Part shown: positions 28,590 to 37,834 of the stretch, in pieces
Layout: each line of letters begins with the position of its first letter
How positions within the stretch are numbered: the stretch's first letter is position 1
DNA from: an uncultured virus (IMG/VR IMGVR_UViG_3300029914_000006)
Lineage: Duplodnaviria; Heunggongvirae; Uroviricota; Caudoviricetes
Length of the DNA: 63,718 bases
Virus record (IMG/VR): IMGVR_UViG_3300029914_000006
Reading direction: 5' to 3' (one strand)
Notes under the pieces: model-generated
The model's input: only the letters and a program-made list of their open reading frames with translations
Told to the model about the DNA's origin: nothing
Database searches by the model: none
Made by a program: the position numbers and the translations under genes

Positions 28590-31226
28590 TTGTCTGACAT
28601 CTCCGAATACCGCATCCCCGACCAGGCACCGGAGTACCCGGAAGAGAAGGAGCGTCCACGGCCCCAAACGGTGGAAGCAGTGGCTCCGTGCTCGATCGAT
28701 GGAGAACGAGTCCTACTCGGGGCTGTGCTCCTAGACCCGGCCTGCTTCAACGAGATTGCCGAGGCGCTGACGCCGGAGGACTTCTTCCTCGACAGCCATC
28801 GGCGCATCTTTCAGCGCATGGCCGACCTGATCGACGCGCAGCAAGCCGTAGACCTTGTGACCCTATGCGCGGAACTCGACCGCCACAAGGAGCGCGAGTC
28901 AGTCGGTGGCGCGGCGTTCATTTCCGGCCTTACGGATGGACTACCGCGGCGGCCCCAGATTGCCGACTACATTCGCATCGTCAAGGAGAAGTCCCAACTC
29001 CGCCGGCTGATGGCAATCTGCTCCTCTGTGCTGTCGCGCGCGGCCGACCAGAGCGAGACGGCGATGGCGGTTCTGGAAGACGCGGAATCGCAGTTGCTGG
29101 AGGTGGCCCAGGAGTCGAATACCAGCAAGTTGCGAGACTTCGGATCTTCTGTAACTCAAGCGGGAGGGCCAGATCAATATATTCGCCAGTACACCGAACC
29201 GAACCTCAAGGTGGGACTTCCGACGGGTTTTATTGATTACGATCGGCTTACTGGAGGTCTTCAGAAGGGAGAGTTGACGATCATTGCAGCCAGGCCAGCG
29301 CAAGGAAAAACTAGCATTTCAATGAATATTCTCGAAAACGTATGCTGCGGAACAGATATGGTAGCAGCGTTCTTTTCTTTGGAGATGTCGAGGCCCTCGG
29401 TGGAGCGTCGGTTCATGGCATCTAGGGCTCGCGTGGACATCAAGAGGGCCATGGAGGGAGAATTCCTTAGCTCGGAGGAAAAAAGAAAGCTACAGAAGGC
29501 ACTAAATGACTTGGTGGAGTCTCGCATATTTATCGACGACTGCTCCAATATGACCCCGATTCAGATGAGAGCAAAGGGTCGCCGGCTAAAGCAGCGCGAG
29601 GGGCGCCTTGATCTTGTGGTGATCGATTACATCAGTCTCGTATCGGGAGACAAAAAAACCCAAAACAGGGAACAAGAAGTGGCGCTTGTGTCTCGATCCC
29701 TGAAGGCAATGTCAAAAGAACTCGATTGCCCCGTGATCGCTCTTGCCCAACTCAATAGGAATAACGAACAGCGCCAAGATAAGCGTCCCGTATTGTCAGA
29801 TCTGCGGGAATGCTTGTCAGAAAAAGACACTTTTCTGTTTACTTCTGGTGGTGTTCAATCTAATATGGAATCTCCTATGAACACGTATAGTTTAAGCAAT
29901 GAAAAAATCAAACCTGTCCCTTCCTTCAACGTTCCGAAGGGGGTATCGCAAGCGATTAGAGTCAGGACGAGATCGGGGCGCGAAATTGTATGCACTCCAA
30001 ATCACTCCATACTCACGGATGTTGGCTGGGTCAAGGCCAAAGACCTAACTCCAGATCACGCTATTGCTGCGGCGAGAAAGATCGACAGCCTGCCTGGGCG
30101 TATTTCTATACCGGAATCTCGGTGGATTGGGAGAATGCTCGGAAATGGATCAATGCTAGGGTATTCATCCCCATCCTTCATTTGTTCTTGCGCGGATGTT
30201 GCCAAGGATTTCTGTGAGGACACTGAAAGGCTATTCGGTCTTATCCCTAGATATCACAAGCACTCAAGCGATAAGGTTTTCCAGTACGACATAACAACGC
30301 GATCGAAGAGGACAAGGGAAGGAAACCCCGTAAAAAATTGGCTAATGTGCCACGACTTGTGGGGTAAAAAAGCCCACGAGAAAAGCATCCCGGAGTGGTT
30401 TATGGAGCAGGCCGATGACGAGTCTATCGCCAACATGATAGCTGGCCTAGTAGAGACAGATGGATCGGTATTTACCACCTCTGTTCCGATGGTAAAGTAC
30501 AGCACCACAAGCAAAAAAATGGCATGGCAATTTATGTGGTGCTTGAGCCGCCTTGGAGTATTTGCAAAGATTGATGAGGGGGATCTTAGTCCCAAGGCTA
30601 ATTTTGTTTGCTATAGTGTATTGATCCAAGAGGGGAAAGAGGTAGATTTATTTCGGTCAAAGATTAATTTGGTAGGGAGAAAAGGAAGAACTCTTCTTGG
30701 CTTGAACCCTAGTTTGCACGGCAGCAATCATGGAGACCGTTTGGGAGTGTGGGTAAGTTCAAAGCTGAGGGAAATTTCTCTTGCGAATGGGATGTCATAT
30801 GGCGACTTGGGATACAGGAGCCAGGGAAAGCGCATAAGCCAAGTAGATTTGTCCAAGGCCCTCTCTGTATTCTCTAGGCGTGGCATCAAGGTCCCAGAGT
30901 TGTCTGTCCTAATTAACTCGTACATTTTTTGGGATCGGCTCAAGAGGATAGACGCGGCAGGAGACGTTAAGGTATTTGATCGTATCGTGCCAGGTCCTAA
31001 TAATTTCATAGCGAACGGCATAGTGGTTCACAACAGCGGGCAAATTGAACAAGACGCAGATGTTCTCAACTTTGTCCATAGGCCAGAATACTATGACCGA
31101 GATAATGACGAGTTGAAGGGGATTGCAGAGCTTATTTGCGCGAAGCACCGTAATGGTGCTACTCGCACCATTCACCTTGCATTTGAAGGTTCCCTCACTC
31201 GTTTCGACAATATCGCAAGGAGATAG
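28590..31226 (+). CDS. dnaB: Replicative DNA helicase DnaB containing an intein
   Basis: ERVLLGAVLL N-domain, IIAARPAQGKT, FFSLEM, VVIDYISL, LAQLNR, RPVLSDLRE|intein|SGQIEQDAD, AKHRNG. Confidence 0.95.
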   Translation: MSDISEYRIPDQAPEYPEEKERPRPQTVEAVAPCSIDGERVLLGAVLLDPACFNEIAEALTPEDFFLDSHRRIFQRMADLIDAQQAVDLVTLCAELDRHKERESVGGAAFISGLTDGLPRRPQIADYIRIVKEKSQLRRLMAICSSVLSRAADQSETAMAVLEDAESQLLEVAQESNTSKLRDFGSSVTQAGGPDQYIRQYTEPNLKVGLPTGFIDYDRLTGGLQKGELTIIAARPAQGKTSISMNILENVCCGTDMVAAFFSLEMSRPSVERRFMASRARVDIKRAMEGEFLSSEEKRKLQKALNDLVESRIFIDDCSNMTPIQMRAKGRRLKQREGRLDLVVIDYISLVSGDKKTQNREQEVALVSRSLKAMSKELDCPVIALAQLNRNNEQRQDKRPVLSDLRECLSEKDTFLFTSGGVQSNMESPMNTYSLSNEKIKPVPSFNVPKGVSQAIRVRTRSGREIVCTPNHSILTDVGWVKAKDLTPDHAIAAARKIDSLPGRISIPESRWIGRMLGNGSMLGYSSPSFICSCADVAKDFCEDTERLFGLIPRYHKHSSDKVFQYDITTRSKRTREGNPVKNWLMCHDLWGKKAHEKSIPEWFMEQADDESIANMIAGLVETDGSVFTTSVPMVKYSTTSKKMAWQFMWCLSRLGVFAKIDEGDLSPKANFVCYSVLIQEGKEVDLFRSKINLVGRKGRTLLGLNPSLHGSNHGDRLGVWVSSKLREISLANGMSYGDLGYRSQGKRISQVDLSKALSVFSRRGIKVPELSVLINSYIFWDRLKRIDAAGDVKVFDRIVPGPNNFIANGIVVHNSGQIEQDADVLNFVHRPEYYDRDNDELKGIAELICAKHRNGATRTIHLAFEGSLTRFDNIARR
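29811..31034 (+). mobile_element. Intein with LAGLIDADG homing endonuclease (408 aa)
   Basis: Starts Cys (CLSEK), block B CTPNHSILT, WIGRMLGNGS and MIAGLVETDGS motifs, ends NFIANGIVVHN followed by Ser; lower GC than exteins. Confidence 0.92.
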
Positions 31227-31229
31227 ACC

Positions 31230-31460
31230 ATGAACGCAGCACCGAAGATCAAGCAGATTCTTGCCGATGTGTCTGGATATGACTTGATCGACATAACCGA
31301 CGAGAGTACACTGACGTTGGATCTTGACTTGGACTCTTTAGACATTGTGCATCTAGCGCAAGAACTAGAGTCCGAGTTCGGAGTAGGCATACCAGATACA
31401 GACATAACGGCGACAATGACTGTCCGTGATCTGGTAGAGACGATCAACAAGATGATTTAG
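31230..31460 (+). CDS. acpP: Acyl carrier protein
   Basis: 76 aa, acidic; DLDLDSLDIVHLAQELESEFGVGIPD..TVRDLV with the phosphopantetheine Ser in DSL. Confidence 0.85.
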   Translation: MNAAPKIKQILADVSGYDLIDITDESTLTLDLDLDSLDIVHLAQELESEFGVGIPDTDITATMTVRDLVETINKMI

Positions 31461-31489
31461 AAATCAGCACAACCACGAAAGAAGGAACC

Positions 31490-31750
31490 ATGGACTTTGT
31501 GATCGAAAAAGGGGTTTATATCCCCGAGAAGATTTCTCCATTCAGCCAGCGCGTACCCGTCGAGTCGAAGTATCCTATTTTTGCGCAGATGGAAGTCGGC
31601 GACAGCTTTGCGGCCCCCAACGTTGACAAGAAGATGCTCGGCAACCTGGGCGGCGCACGCGCGGCATACCAGAAGAAGCACCCCGGCGTGAAGTTCACCT
31701 CGCGCACCATCAAGGAAGAGGGCGTCATCCGCATCTGGCGCATCAGCTAG
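31490..31750 (+). CDS. Small phage DNA-binding-like protein
   Basis: IEKGVYIP..SKYPIFAQMEVGDSF..FTSRT..GVIRIWRI family pattern. Confidence 0.7.
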   Translation: MDFVIEKGVYIPEKISPFSQRVPVESKYPIFAQMEVGDSFAAPNVDKKMLGNLGGARAAYQKKHPGVKFTSRTIKEEGVIRIWRIS

Positions 31751-31804
31751 TCGCCGGCAGGGGCAGTCGTTGGCGAATCACGGCTGCCCTGAAGGACACG
31801 ACCC

Positions 31805-32242
31805 ATGCCAAAGTCAGGACCGCGGGAATTGGAAGCATACCATCAACGAGTTTTAGACGAGGAGCGGCAGAAATCTAGTCGCCCGATGAAAGGAAATATG
31901 GCAAGCACAGATTTCAACACAGAGAAGCTGGACGCGGAATCAGTTGATGCCGCGTCCAAGAGAGTGGCGGCAATGTTCGCTGTCGAGCACCCCGCAGTTA
32001 CAAACCTCCCCTTGGATCAGGCGCTTGGCGTGAGCCCTGCTCCTGCATCCGAGCCCACCGAGAAGAAGCAGAGGACCACTGTGGCGAAATTGGCGCAGCG
32101 GTACCAAGAGCGCGAGGCTGAACTCGCCAAGAATATCGACGAGATCAAGCGCATCATCGGCACGTACCAGCGGACCTTGGCGGAGGCGGAATTTAAGCTC
32201 TCCGTCTGGCGTGAGGCTCTGGCCGAGATTGGCGCCGACTGA
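31805..32242 (+). CDS. Hypothetical coiled-coil protein (alternative start 31898)
   Basis: ORF with C-terminal heptads. Confidence 0.55.
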   Translation: MPKSGPRELEAYHQRVLDEERQKSSRPMKGNMASTDFNTEKLDAESVDAASKRVAAMFAVEHPAVTNLPLDQALGVSPAPASEPTEKKQRTTVAKLAQRYQEREAELAKNIDEIKRIIGTYQRTLAEAEFKLSVWREALAEIGAD

Positions 32243-32282
32243 CTCAATATGTGGGCGGCTTCTCATTTGATCTGCCGCCCAC

Positions 32283-32313
32283 GCAGTCGTCGCTGAATAG
32301 GCGCCACGGTGCC
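32283..32313 (+). repeat. Cassette L site, copy B
   Basis: GCAGTCGT-CGCTGAATAGGCGCC-ACGGTGCC; preceded by hairpin GTGGGCGGC/GCCGCCCAC (32251-32282). Confidence 0.75.
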
Positions 32314-32332
32314 AAGAGAAAGAAGGATCTTG

Positions 32333-32740
32333 ATGAAAGCTTTGAGCGTAAGAGCGCCGTGGTGGTGGGCGATCATCCATGGAAAGCCCGTCGAGAACCG
32401 GGATTGGTCTACGAAGTTCCGGGGGCGATTTCTACTCCACGCAAGCAAATGGTGGAATCGGACGGAGATCGACTTTGACTACGAGAGCATCAGGGCGATG
32501 GTTAGGAAAGACGGGTTGGACTGGCCTGATCCGAGCTTTTCTCTTCTTCGCGAGACGGGCGGATTGATTGTCGGCTCTGTTGAGATCGTGGACTGTGTGA
32601 CCGAACATCCGAGTGCATTCTTTGTCGGTAAGTTCGGATTTGTGCTCCGTGATCCTATCTTGTTCGATCTGGAACACAGGATTCCGTTCAAGGGCGCTCC
32701 TGGCTTCTTCGATGTGCCGGATGAGCTTTTAGGTAGGTAA
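32333..32740 (+). CDS. ASCH domain protein (cassette B cargo)
   Basis: MKALSVRAPWWWAIIHGKPVENRDW..RGRFLLHAS..GLIVGSVEIVDCV..PFKGAPGFF. Confidence 0.88.
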   Translation: MKALSVRAPWWWAIIHGKPVENRDWSTKFRGRFLLHASKWWNRTEIDFDYESIRAMVRKDGLDWPDPSFSLLRETGGLIVGSVEIVDCVTEHPSAFFVGKFGFVLRDPILFDLEHRIPFKGAPGFFDVPDELLGR

Positions 32741-32764
32741 CGTAGCGATATACGCTACGTCACC
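32736..32764 (+). repeat. Cassette R site, copy B
   Basis: GGTAACGT-AGCGATATACGCT-ACGTCACC, palindromic, contains the TAA stop. Confidence 0.8.
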
Positions 32765-32770
32765 TGCTTT

Positions 32771-32805
32771 AACGCTTGCAAAATGTCTCATCCTCCGTGT
32801 ATTGT
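32771..32805 (+). promoter_or_regulatory. Integrase promoter with operator-like box
   Basis: AACGCTTGCA (32771-32780) overlapping TTGCAA-18-TATTGT. Confidence 0.55.
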
Positions 32806-32829
32806 GATTCGTGAAAGGAAAGGTAAGCG

Positions 32830-33984
32830 ATGCCCAAAAACAGCTATCAGCACGGCTCAGTAACCCTCATATCCCTCAAGTCGGGTCCGGTATGGAGGTT
32901 GCGCTACCGGCGCGACGGGAAGCAGTTCTCCGACTTCATCGGGACGCAGCGCCAGTACCCCGACAAAGCCGACGCGATACGGGCCGCCGAGCGCATGATG
33001 TCGATCATCAACGGGCCGACCTCCGAGTGCGTGACGATGGCCGACCTGGTGGACCGCTTCCTGCGCGAAGCGATGCCTGATCGGAAGTCCACCGCCAACT
33101 CCTACAAGTCCATCCTGTCGCGCATCCGAGAAGCCTGGGGTAGTACGCGCATCGACAAGTTCACGCTGGATATGGTTCAGGTCCAGAACTGGCTGGAGGG
33201 CCTGACCACGGTCAGACAGCGCCCGAAGCGTGCGCCCGCGAAGCCTCTGTCTGGACTCTACAAGGCCCAGGTGAAGGCCCTGCTCCACCTCCTGATAGAG
33301 AAGGCAATGCTCTGGAAGGTGATCCAGATGCAGCGCAACCCGGTGGAGGTGGTGAAGCTCAAGGGATCGAGCGCACGCGCCAAGGAGATTGTCATCCTGA
33401 CCATCCCGCGGTACCAAGCATTGCTCGACGATCCAGAACTTCCGGAACTGGTCAAGGTCATCATTCAGGTGACCGCTGCGCTCGGACTGCGCATCTCGGA
33501 GACGCTGGGGCTCCAGTGGAAGGATCTCGACTTCGAGGCCAACACTATCTCCATCGAGCGCGGCGTGATCGGCGGGGAGACAAACAACGTGAAGACGGAG
33601 GGCTCCCGGCAGGTGTTACCTCTGCATCAGAATCTGGTGGACCTCCTGCGCGAGTGGCGCGCTTACCGGCCGGTTATCGGCGACTGGATCTTCGGCTCGG
33701 AGCGGACGGGGAGGCCCTACGACAGAGATCCGTTGAGGGAAGAGTACCTGAAGCCAGCCGGGGCGAGGATTGGCGCTTCGGGGCTTGGATGGCATTCCTT
33801 GAGGCATCTGAACCGCGCTATTCAGAAGCAAATAGGCCTACCGATGGAGACTCAGCGCAATTTAATGCGCCACTCCCGCATCGCGACGACCATCGACACT
33901 TACGGCGGCAACGACAACCTGGAACAGACGAGGCCCGCAAACGAGCAGATCGTGCGCGTGCTTCCGTGGAGAAAGGTATCTTGA
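32830..33984 (+). CDS. int: Tyrosine recombinase / phage integrase
   Basis: N-terminal arm-binding-like WRLRYR; catalytic LGLRISE (R), VKTEGS (K), HSLRH, MRHS, DTYG (Y). Confidence 0.92.
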   Translation: MPKNSYQHGSVTLISLKSGPVWRLRYRRDGKQFSDFIGTQRQYPDKADAIRAAERMMSIINGPTSECVTMADLVDRFLREAMPDRKSTANSYKSILSRIREAWGSTRIDKFTLDMVQVQNWLEGLTTVRQRPKRAPAKPLSGLYKAQVKALLHLLIEKAMLWKVIQMQRNPVEVVKLKGSSARAKEIVILTIPRYQALLDDPELPELVKVIIQVTAALGLRISETLGLQWKDLDFEANTISIERGVIGGETNNVKTEGSRQVLPLHQNLVDLLREWRAYRPVIGDWIFGSERTGRPYDRDPLREEYLKPAGARIGASGLGWHSLRHLNRAIQKQIGLPMETQRNLMRHSRIATTIDTYGGNDNLEQTRPANEQIVRVLPWRKVS

Positions 33985-34292
33985 GCGAACCGAAACCAGC
34001 GATGCACAACTTCCCGCAGGCAATCAACATGCTGCGCTTGACGAAAATGACGGATGGGGCGTTCAACTTCGATCCCCTCTCCGTGGAGATAGTTTACCCG
34101 GTCGTCACGACTCGTGTCTGGTACACCAGTCAGCACCGCATCCACGGATACTTCTACCTTGAAAAGAATGGCGTGGGATACTTCGTTGGATACAAGTGCA
34201 ATGAGTGTCAGGAAGTCTTCCTCGTGCCGGATACTGTCGAGGAAAACGGAGAATTTCACAGCGCAATGATGCACAAGTACATGGAGGCATAA
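33981..34292 (+). CDS. Hypothetical protein
   Basis: TTG start overlapping integrase stop; YKCNEC motif. Confidence 0.55.
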   Translation: MSEPKPAMHNFPQAINMLRLTKMTDGAFNFDPLSVEIVYPVVTTRVWYTSQHRIHGYFYLEKNGVGYFVGYKCNECQEVFLVPDTVEENGEFHSAMMHKYMEA

Positions 34293-34573
34293 TGAGCGAA
34301 AAACAAGATGTCTGTGTTCATCCGAAGGTTTATCGGAAATACGAAGTCGATGGCGTAAGCTGGAGCGGCGAGTGGGCGTGTGGAACTTGCAACGCGAAGT
34401 TCTACCACATGGAAGACATGGTATTCCCTGCCGGCGGTAAGTTAACCGTCATGGATCCGCAAGCGACCCTCCGCGACCAGTTCGCGATGGCGGCGCTATC
34501 AGGAATGATGTATGCGGAATCTAGCATGACCGCAAATAATGTCGCCAAGCTCGGCATTCCGGAGGCGGAATGA
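34292..34573 (+). CDS. Hypothetical protein
   Basis: GGAGG RBS; TLRDQFAMAALSG motif common in phage early proteins. Confidence 0.6.
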   Translation: MSEKQDVCVHPKVYRKYEVDGVSWSGEWACGTCNAKFYHMEDMVFPAGGKLTVMDPQATLRDQFAMAALSGMMYAESSMTANNVAKLGIPEAE

Positions 34574-34866
34574 AATCCATCGAAGTGAAGAAAAGCGCCA
34601 CCGTAGACTGGATGTATCCGAACATCTACAAAGAGGAGCCGCTGGATTGCCTGACCATCGCCCTCATGCACGTCCGCGCGGCCAACGACATCGAGATTGA
34701 GTTCAGCGGAGAGCGCAACGGCTGGGTGATCTACATGACGGTAACCGTTGGCTACAGGCCCAGCGGCAAAGGGCACGATGAACCCATCGAGGAGCGCCGC
34801 GAGAAGGCGTTCATCCCCGCCTGGGACGAAGACGAGTGGGACGAAAATCAGGAGGAGGCGGAATGA
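34570..34866 (+). CDS. Hypothetical protein
   Basis: GGAGG RBS, ATGA coupling. Confidence 0.6.
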   Translation: MKSIEVKKSATVDWMYPNIYKEEPLDCLTIALMHVRAANDIEIEFSGERNGWVIYMTVTVGYRPSGKGHDEPIEERREKAFIPAWDEDEWDENQEEAE

Positions 34867-35072
34867 GCATAGTCCACATTCTGATCAAGCGGTACTATGA
34901 CGGCAACGGATTTTTCATCCTCGGCGCGACCGAGAAAGACGAGGTGGCGCAGGCGTTCTGCATGGGCGGCGGCGATTCCGATTGCGCTACTGAGTCCTAC
35001 GAAGTGGAAACGGAAGCGCCGGTTCTATCGAAGCAGTGCTCCGTTAAGCCAACAGACTGGGAGGCGGAATGA
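34863..35072 (+). CDS. Hypothetical protein
   Basis: GGAGG RBS, ATGA coupling. Confidence 0.55.
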   Translation: MSIVHILIKRYYDGNGFFILGATEKDEVAQAFCMGGGDSDCATESYEVETEAPVLSKQCSVKPTDWEAE

Positions 35073-35680
35073 TCGTCGAGTGCGGAGTGTGCCACGTAGC
35101 CTATGAGGAGTCCATCCGAAGCACGCACTGCCCACACGAGCAGAGCGCCGGAACAACAGTGCGGTCACCTTCCGCTAAGTGCATTTGCGGCCACGGATAC
35201 GACCGTCACATGCACAATAGCGACATATGCGCTGAAGATTGCGGATGCCGTGGCTACCAGATGGCCAGCAAGGAGGAGGCGGAGTACGTCAGCCCCTACT
35301 TCCACGGTAAGCCGCCGGTGGTGAATATCCCCGCCTCCGCCTTCAACATGATGGATTGGATCAACGATTCAATCGACCGCATGACTGGAGCGCAGCCAAT
35401 TTGGGCGATGAACGCTCCGCAATCCAACCCCTTTGACGCAACCTGCGACGGTAGCTACCCAAATAACGGCGGCGATATCACGCTGAAGAGCTTGCAGGCG
35501 GCCTACGCATCGGCAAAGTTCGGCGGCCAAGAGGTCCGCGTCAACCCCTACATTCCGAAGAACGAACTCTGGATGGTCAGCAGCAAGGGCGACATCCTCA
35601 AGATAGTCAACATCGGCAATCATCCGACTCCGATCAGCGACGAGGATGAGCCGAGTCTGTGCAGAGGAGAATCCAAATGA
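35069..35680 (+). CDS. Cys/His-rich hypothetical protein
   Basis: GGAGG RBS; CGVC, CICGH, CGC motifs. Confidence 0.55.
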   Translation: MIVECGVCHVAYEESIRSTHCPHEQSAGTTVRSPSAKCICGHGYDRHMHNSDICAEDCGCRGYQMASKEEAEYVSPYFHGKPPVVNIPASAFNMMDWINDSIDRMTGAQPIWAMNAPQSNPFDATCDGSYPNNGGDITLKSLQAAYASAKFGGQEVRVNPYIPKNELWMVSSKGDILKIVNIGNHPTPISDEDEPSLCRGESK

Positions 35681-35835
35681 ACTGGATGACGGCGAAGTTC
35701 AACGGCGAATGTGTCAGTTGCACATGCAATATTTATGAGGGCGAACGCATCCTGTTCGACTTCGAGGAACGCGAAACCTATTGCAGCAAGTGCGGAGAGC
35801 GGATCAAGCCAGACCCGAAGAAGGAGGCAAAGTAG
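35677..35835 (+). CDS. Small zinc-ribbon protein (52 aa)
   Basis: MNWMTAKFNGECVSC..IYEGE..YCSKCG; coupled on both sides. Confidence 0.55.
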   Translation: MNWMTAKFNGECVSCTCNIYEGERILFDFEERETYCSKCGERIKPDPKKEAK

Positions 35836-36042
35836 ATGGCAGACATTAAGCAGGCCGCAAAGTGGATCGAGCAGGGAAGAACCGTAACTCGCCACGACGG
35901 GTATCTTTATCAGGGTAATGAAATAGAAGAAGGCTTGAACATGTTTCAAATCGTTTGTCTCGATGAAGATACCCGTGAGAACTTGATAGGCACAATGTTT
36001 ACTGACGATATTCTAGCCGAAGACTGGGAGATTGCCGAATGA
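35836..36042 (+). CDS. Small phage protein (DUF2829-like ending)
   Basis: AAGGAGG RBS; ends DDILAEDWEI. Confidence 0.6.
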   Translation: MADIKQAAKWIEQGRTVTRHDGYLYQGNEIEEGLNMFQIVCLDEDTRENLIGTMFTDDILAEDWEIAE

Positions 36043-36416
36043 TAAGCCGCATCGAAGTGCAATTTGCTGTCCCGGTTGAACTAACAGACCGCGAGATGCA
36101 GGACATTCACCGCATCGTCAACAACGCCGCGCGGCGCTCTCAGACGCCTGAGCTTATTCATTGGGCGGCGGGGACTGGCTCAAAGCCGATCTGGAGGAAG
36201 CCGCAGGAACCTGAATGGGACGATTCGGTTTTCTTCATCGAGTGCTGCGCCCGCGAGAGATACGAGACGGAGAAGTTCGTCCCGTTCACCGACCTCCGCA
36301 CCAAGCTCCTACAGGAAGCCGATTTCCTTGGCAGGAAAGATGGCGGCAATATCTCCGAGTTCGAGATGAAGCAGGCTATCGCCAGAATTTGCGATAGCAG
36401 TCAGGATGCCAAATGA
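36039..36416 (+). CDS. Hypothetical protein
   Basis: Coupled ORF. Confidence 0.55.
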   Translation: MISRIEVQFAVPVELTDREMQDIHRIVNNAARRSQTPELIHWAAGTGSKPIWRKPQEPEWDDSVFFIECCARERYETEKFVPFTDLRTKLLQEADFLGRKDGGNISEFEMKQAIARICDSSQDAK

Positions 36417-36625
36417 TCCACTCCCTAAATTTCAATGTAGGCCAGCGCGACGGAAAATGGTTTGCCCTTTGGGATGATGCGGAGACCAACAACCACATGG
36501 AAGGCCCTGCAAGGGACACCGAAGCGGAGGCCATTGCCGACAGGGATCATGCTGCACAGTTGGCGGTGATGGTGCTTCGGCAGCGTATGCCGGGAGCAGT
36601 AATTACGAAGGAGAGTATCCAATGA
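36413..36625 (+). CDS. Hypothetical protein
   Basis: Coupled ORF. Confidence 0.55.
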   Translation: MIHSLNFNVGQRDGKWFALWDDAETNNHMEGPARDTEAEAIADRDHAAQLAVMVLRQRMPGAVITKESIQ

Positions 36626-37296
36626 CCGACCTCTTCGACGCGCCCGCCGAGTTCCCCGAATCCGTTCTGCTGTCCATCTACAACGCCTACCCGCGCAAGA
36701 CCGGCCGCCCAGCCGCTCTAAAGAGCATCAACAAGGCACTGTGGCGCATCTGCGGCGGCGAGATCGACGGCCAGCCGCGCACCCAGGCAGAAGCCATCGA
36801 CTTTCTGCGGATCAAGACCGAAGAGGCCCGGCGCCAGATGTACGGCCGACTCAGCGCACGCATCCCGCACATGACTACATGGCTGAACCAATCGAGGTAC
36901 CTGCGCCCCGAACTCAAGGACTGCGAACTGCCGGCGCAGATGAGCGCCTGCATCGAGATCCTGGCCGAGTACCCCAACCAGCCGCCGGCAGACGCGATCG
37001 GATCCGACCCGGCATCCTTCGCGCTGCACCTCTGCGCGATCGACAAGGCGCTGGAGTATATGGAGCGGTCCCAACCCGGCCTGCGGCGCGAGAACCACGA
37101 GCGGCGACTCAAGGCGCGCACGCAGTTGTACGCTATGGCCGTCAGTGACTGGCCGGTATCCGATATGCAGTACGTTCCGAGTCCGAGGAGATTCTTCGAT
37201 GAGCACAGGTTTGAGCAAGACCCCGCAATCTGGCGGCGCAAACTCGTCAACGGATATGACCAAGAGCGCGCCCAGGCCCAGCGACTCGTCCAATAA
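36622..37296 (+). CDS. Replication initiator C-terminal-like protein (two tandem domains)
   Basis: YNAYPRKTGRPAALK..IPHMTTWLNQSRY and second copy LAEYP..YVPSPRRFFDEHRF. Confidence 0.6.
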   Translation: MTDLFDAPAEFPESVLLSIYNAYPRKTGRPAALKSINKALWRICGGEIDGQPRTQAEAIDFLRIKTEEARRQMYGRLSARIPHMTTWLNQSRYLRPELKDCELPAQMSACIEILAEYPNQPPADAIGSDPASFALHLCAIDKALEYMERSQPGLRRENHERRLKARTQLYAMAVSDWPVSDMQYVPSPRRFFDEHRFEQDPAIWRRKLVNGYDQERAQAQRLVQ

Positions 37297-37834
37297 GCGA
37301 ACGGCGGCAGTCGGCATGGTCATGGTGAAAGAGATGTTTCCGGTCAACCAGCAGGAGTCCGATGCCGCGGCGAAGTTGCGAGTCGAGTTGCTAGCCGAGG
37401 TCGTGGATGCTGTCGGCCCGGAAGCCTTCTTGGCGGCAGTGAAGAAGGCAATCAGTATCAGCAAGGGACGTTACGATTGTACCGTCAGCAGGATCAGAGA
37501 TTGCGCCGGCCTTCAGCACGTCCCTGATCCGTCTCCGGCGATGAAGGCGTGGGCAACCGTGACCGAGATCGTCCAGCGGCACGTCAGGGAAGCGCCAGAG
37601 GGCGGCATTCGGCTTGAGCCCTATGTGTACCGGCGCGGAGATGAAGTGCTAGAGGTGCCTGTCCCGGCCATTCCTGAGCCTATGGCGCGCGCGTTGCGCA
37701 GCCTGGGAGGGTGGAAGGCCCTGATGGATACTGAACCGGCCTACTGGAGCCAGCGGATGCGGGACTTCTGCGGGGCGTATCAGGAAGAATCCAGTCTCAA
37801 ACGAGACTGCGACGAGAGGAGATTGACGGCATGA
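37199..37834 (+). CDS. Putative helicase loader-like protein (start uncertain)
   Basis: AMKAWATV..ARALRSLGGWKAL..RDFCGAY pattern typical of genes following phage initiators. Confidence 0.5.
   Translation: MSTGLSKTPQSGGANSSTDMTKSAPRPSDSSNKRTAAVGMVMVKEMFPVNQQESDAAAKLRVELLAEVVDAVGPEAFLAAVKKAISISKGRYDCTVSRIRDCAGLQHVPDPSPAMKAWATVTEIVQRHVREAPEGGIRLEPYVYRRGDEVLEVPVPAIPEPMARALRSLGGWKALMDTEPAYWSQRMRDFCGAYQEESSLKRDCDERRLTA

Noticed and set aside
32736..32764. R sites as rho-independent terminators
   Set aside because: No consistent U-tract after the four copies, and they pair systematically with upstream L sites
35420..35550. Possible capsid-protein-like fragment (ITLKSLQAAYASAKFG)
   Set aside because: Resemblance too short to support without a search
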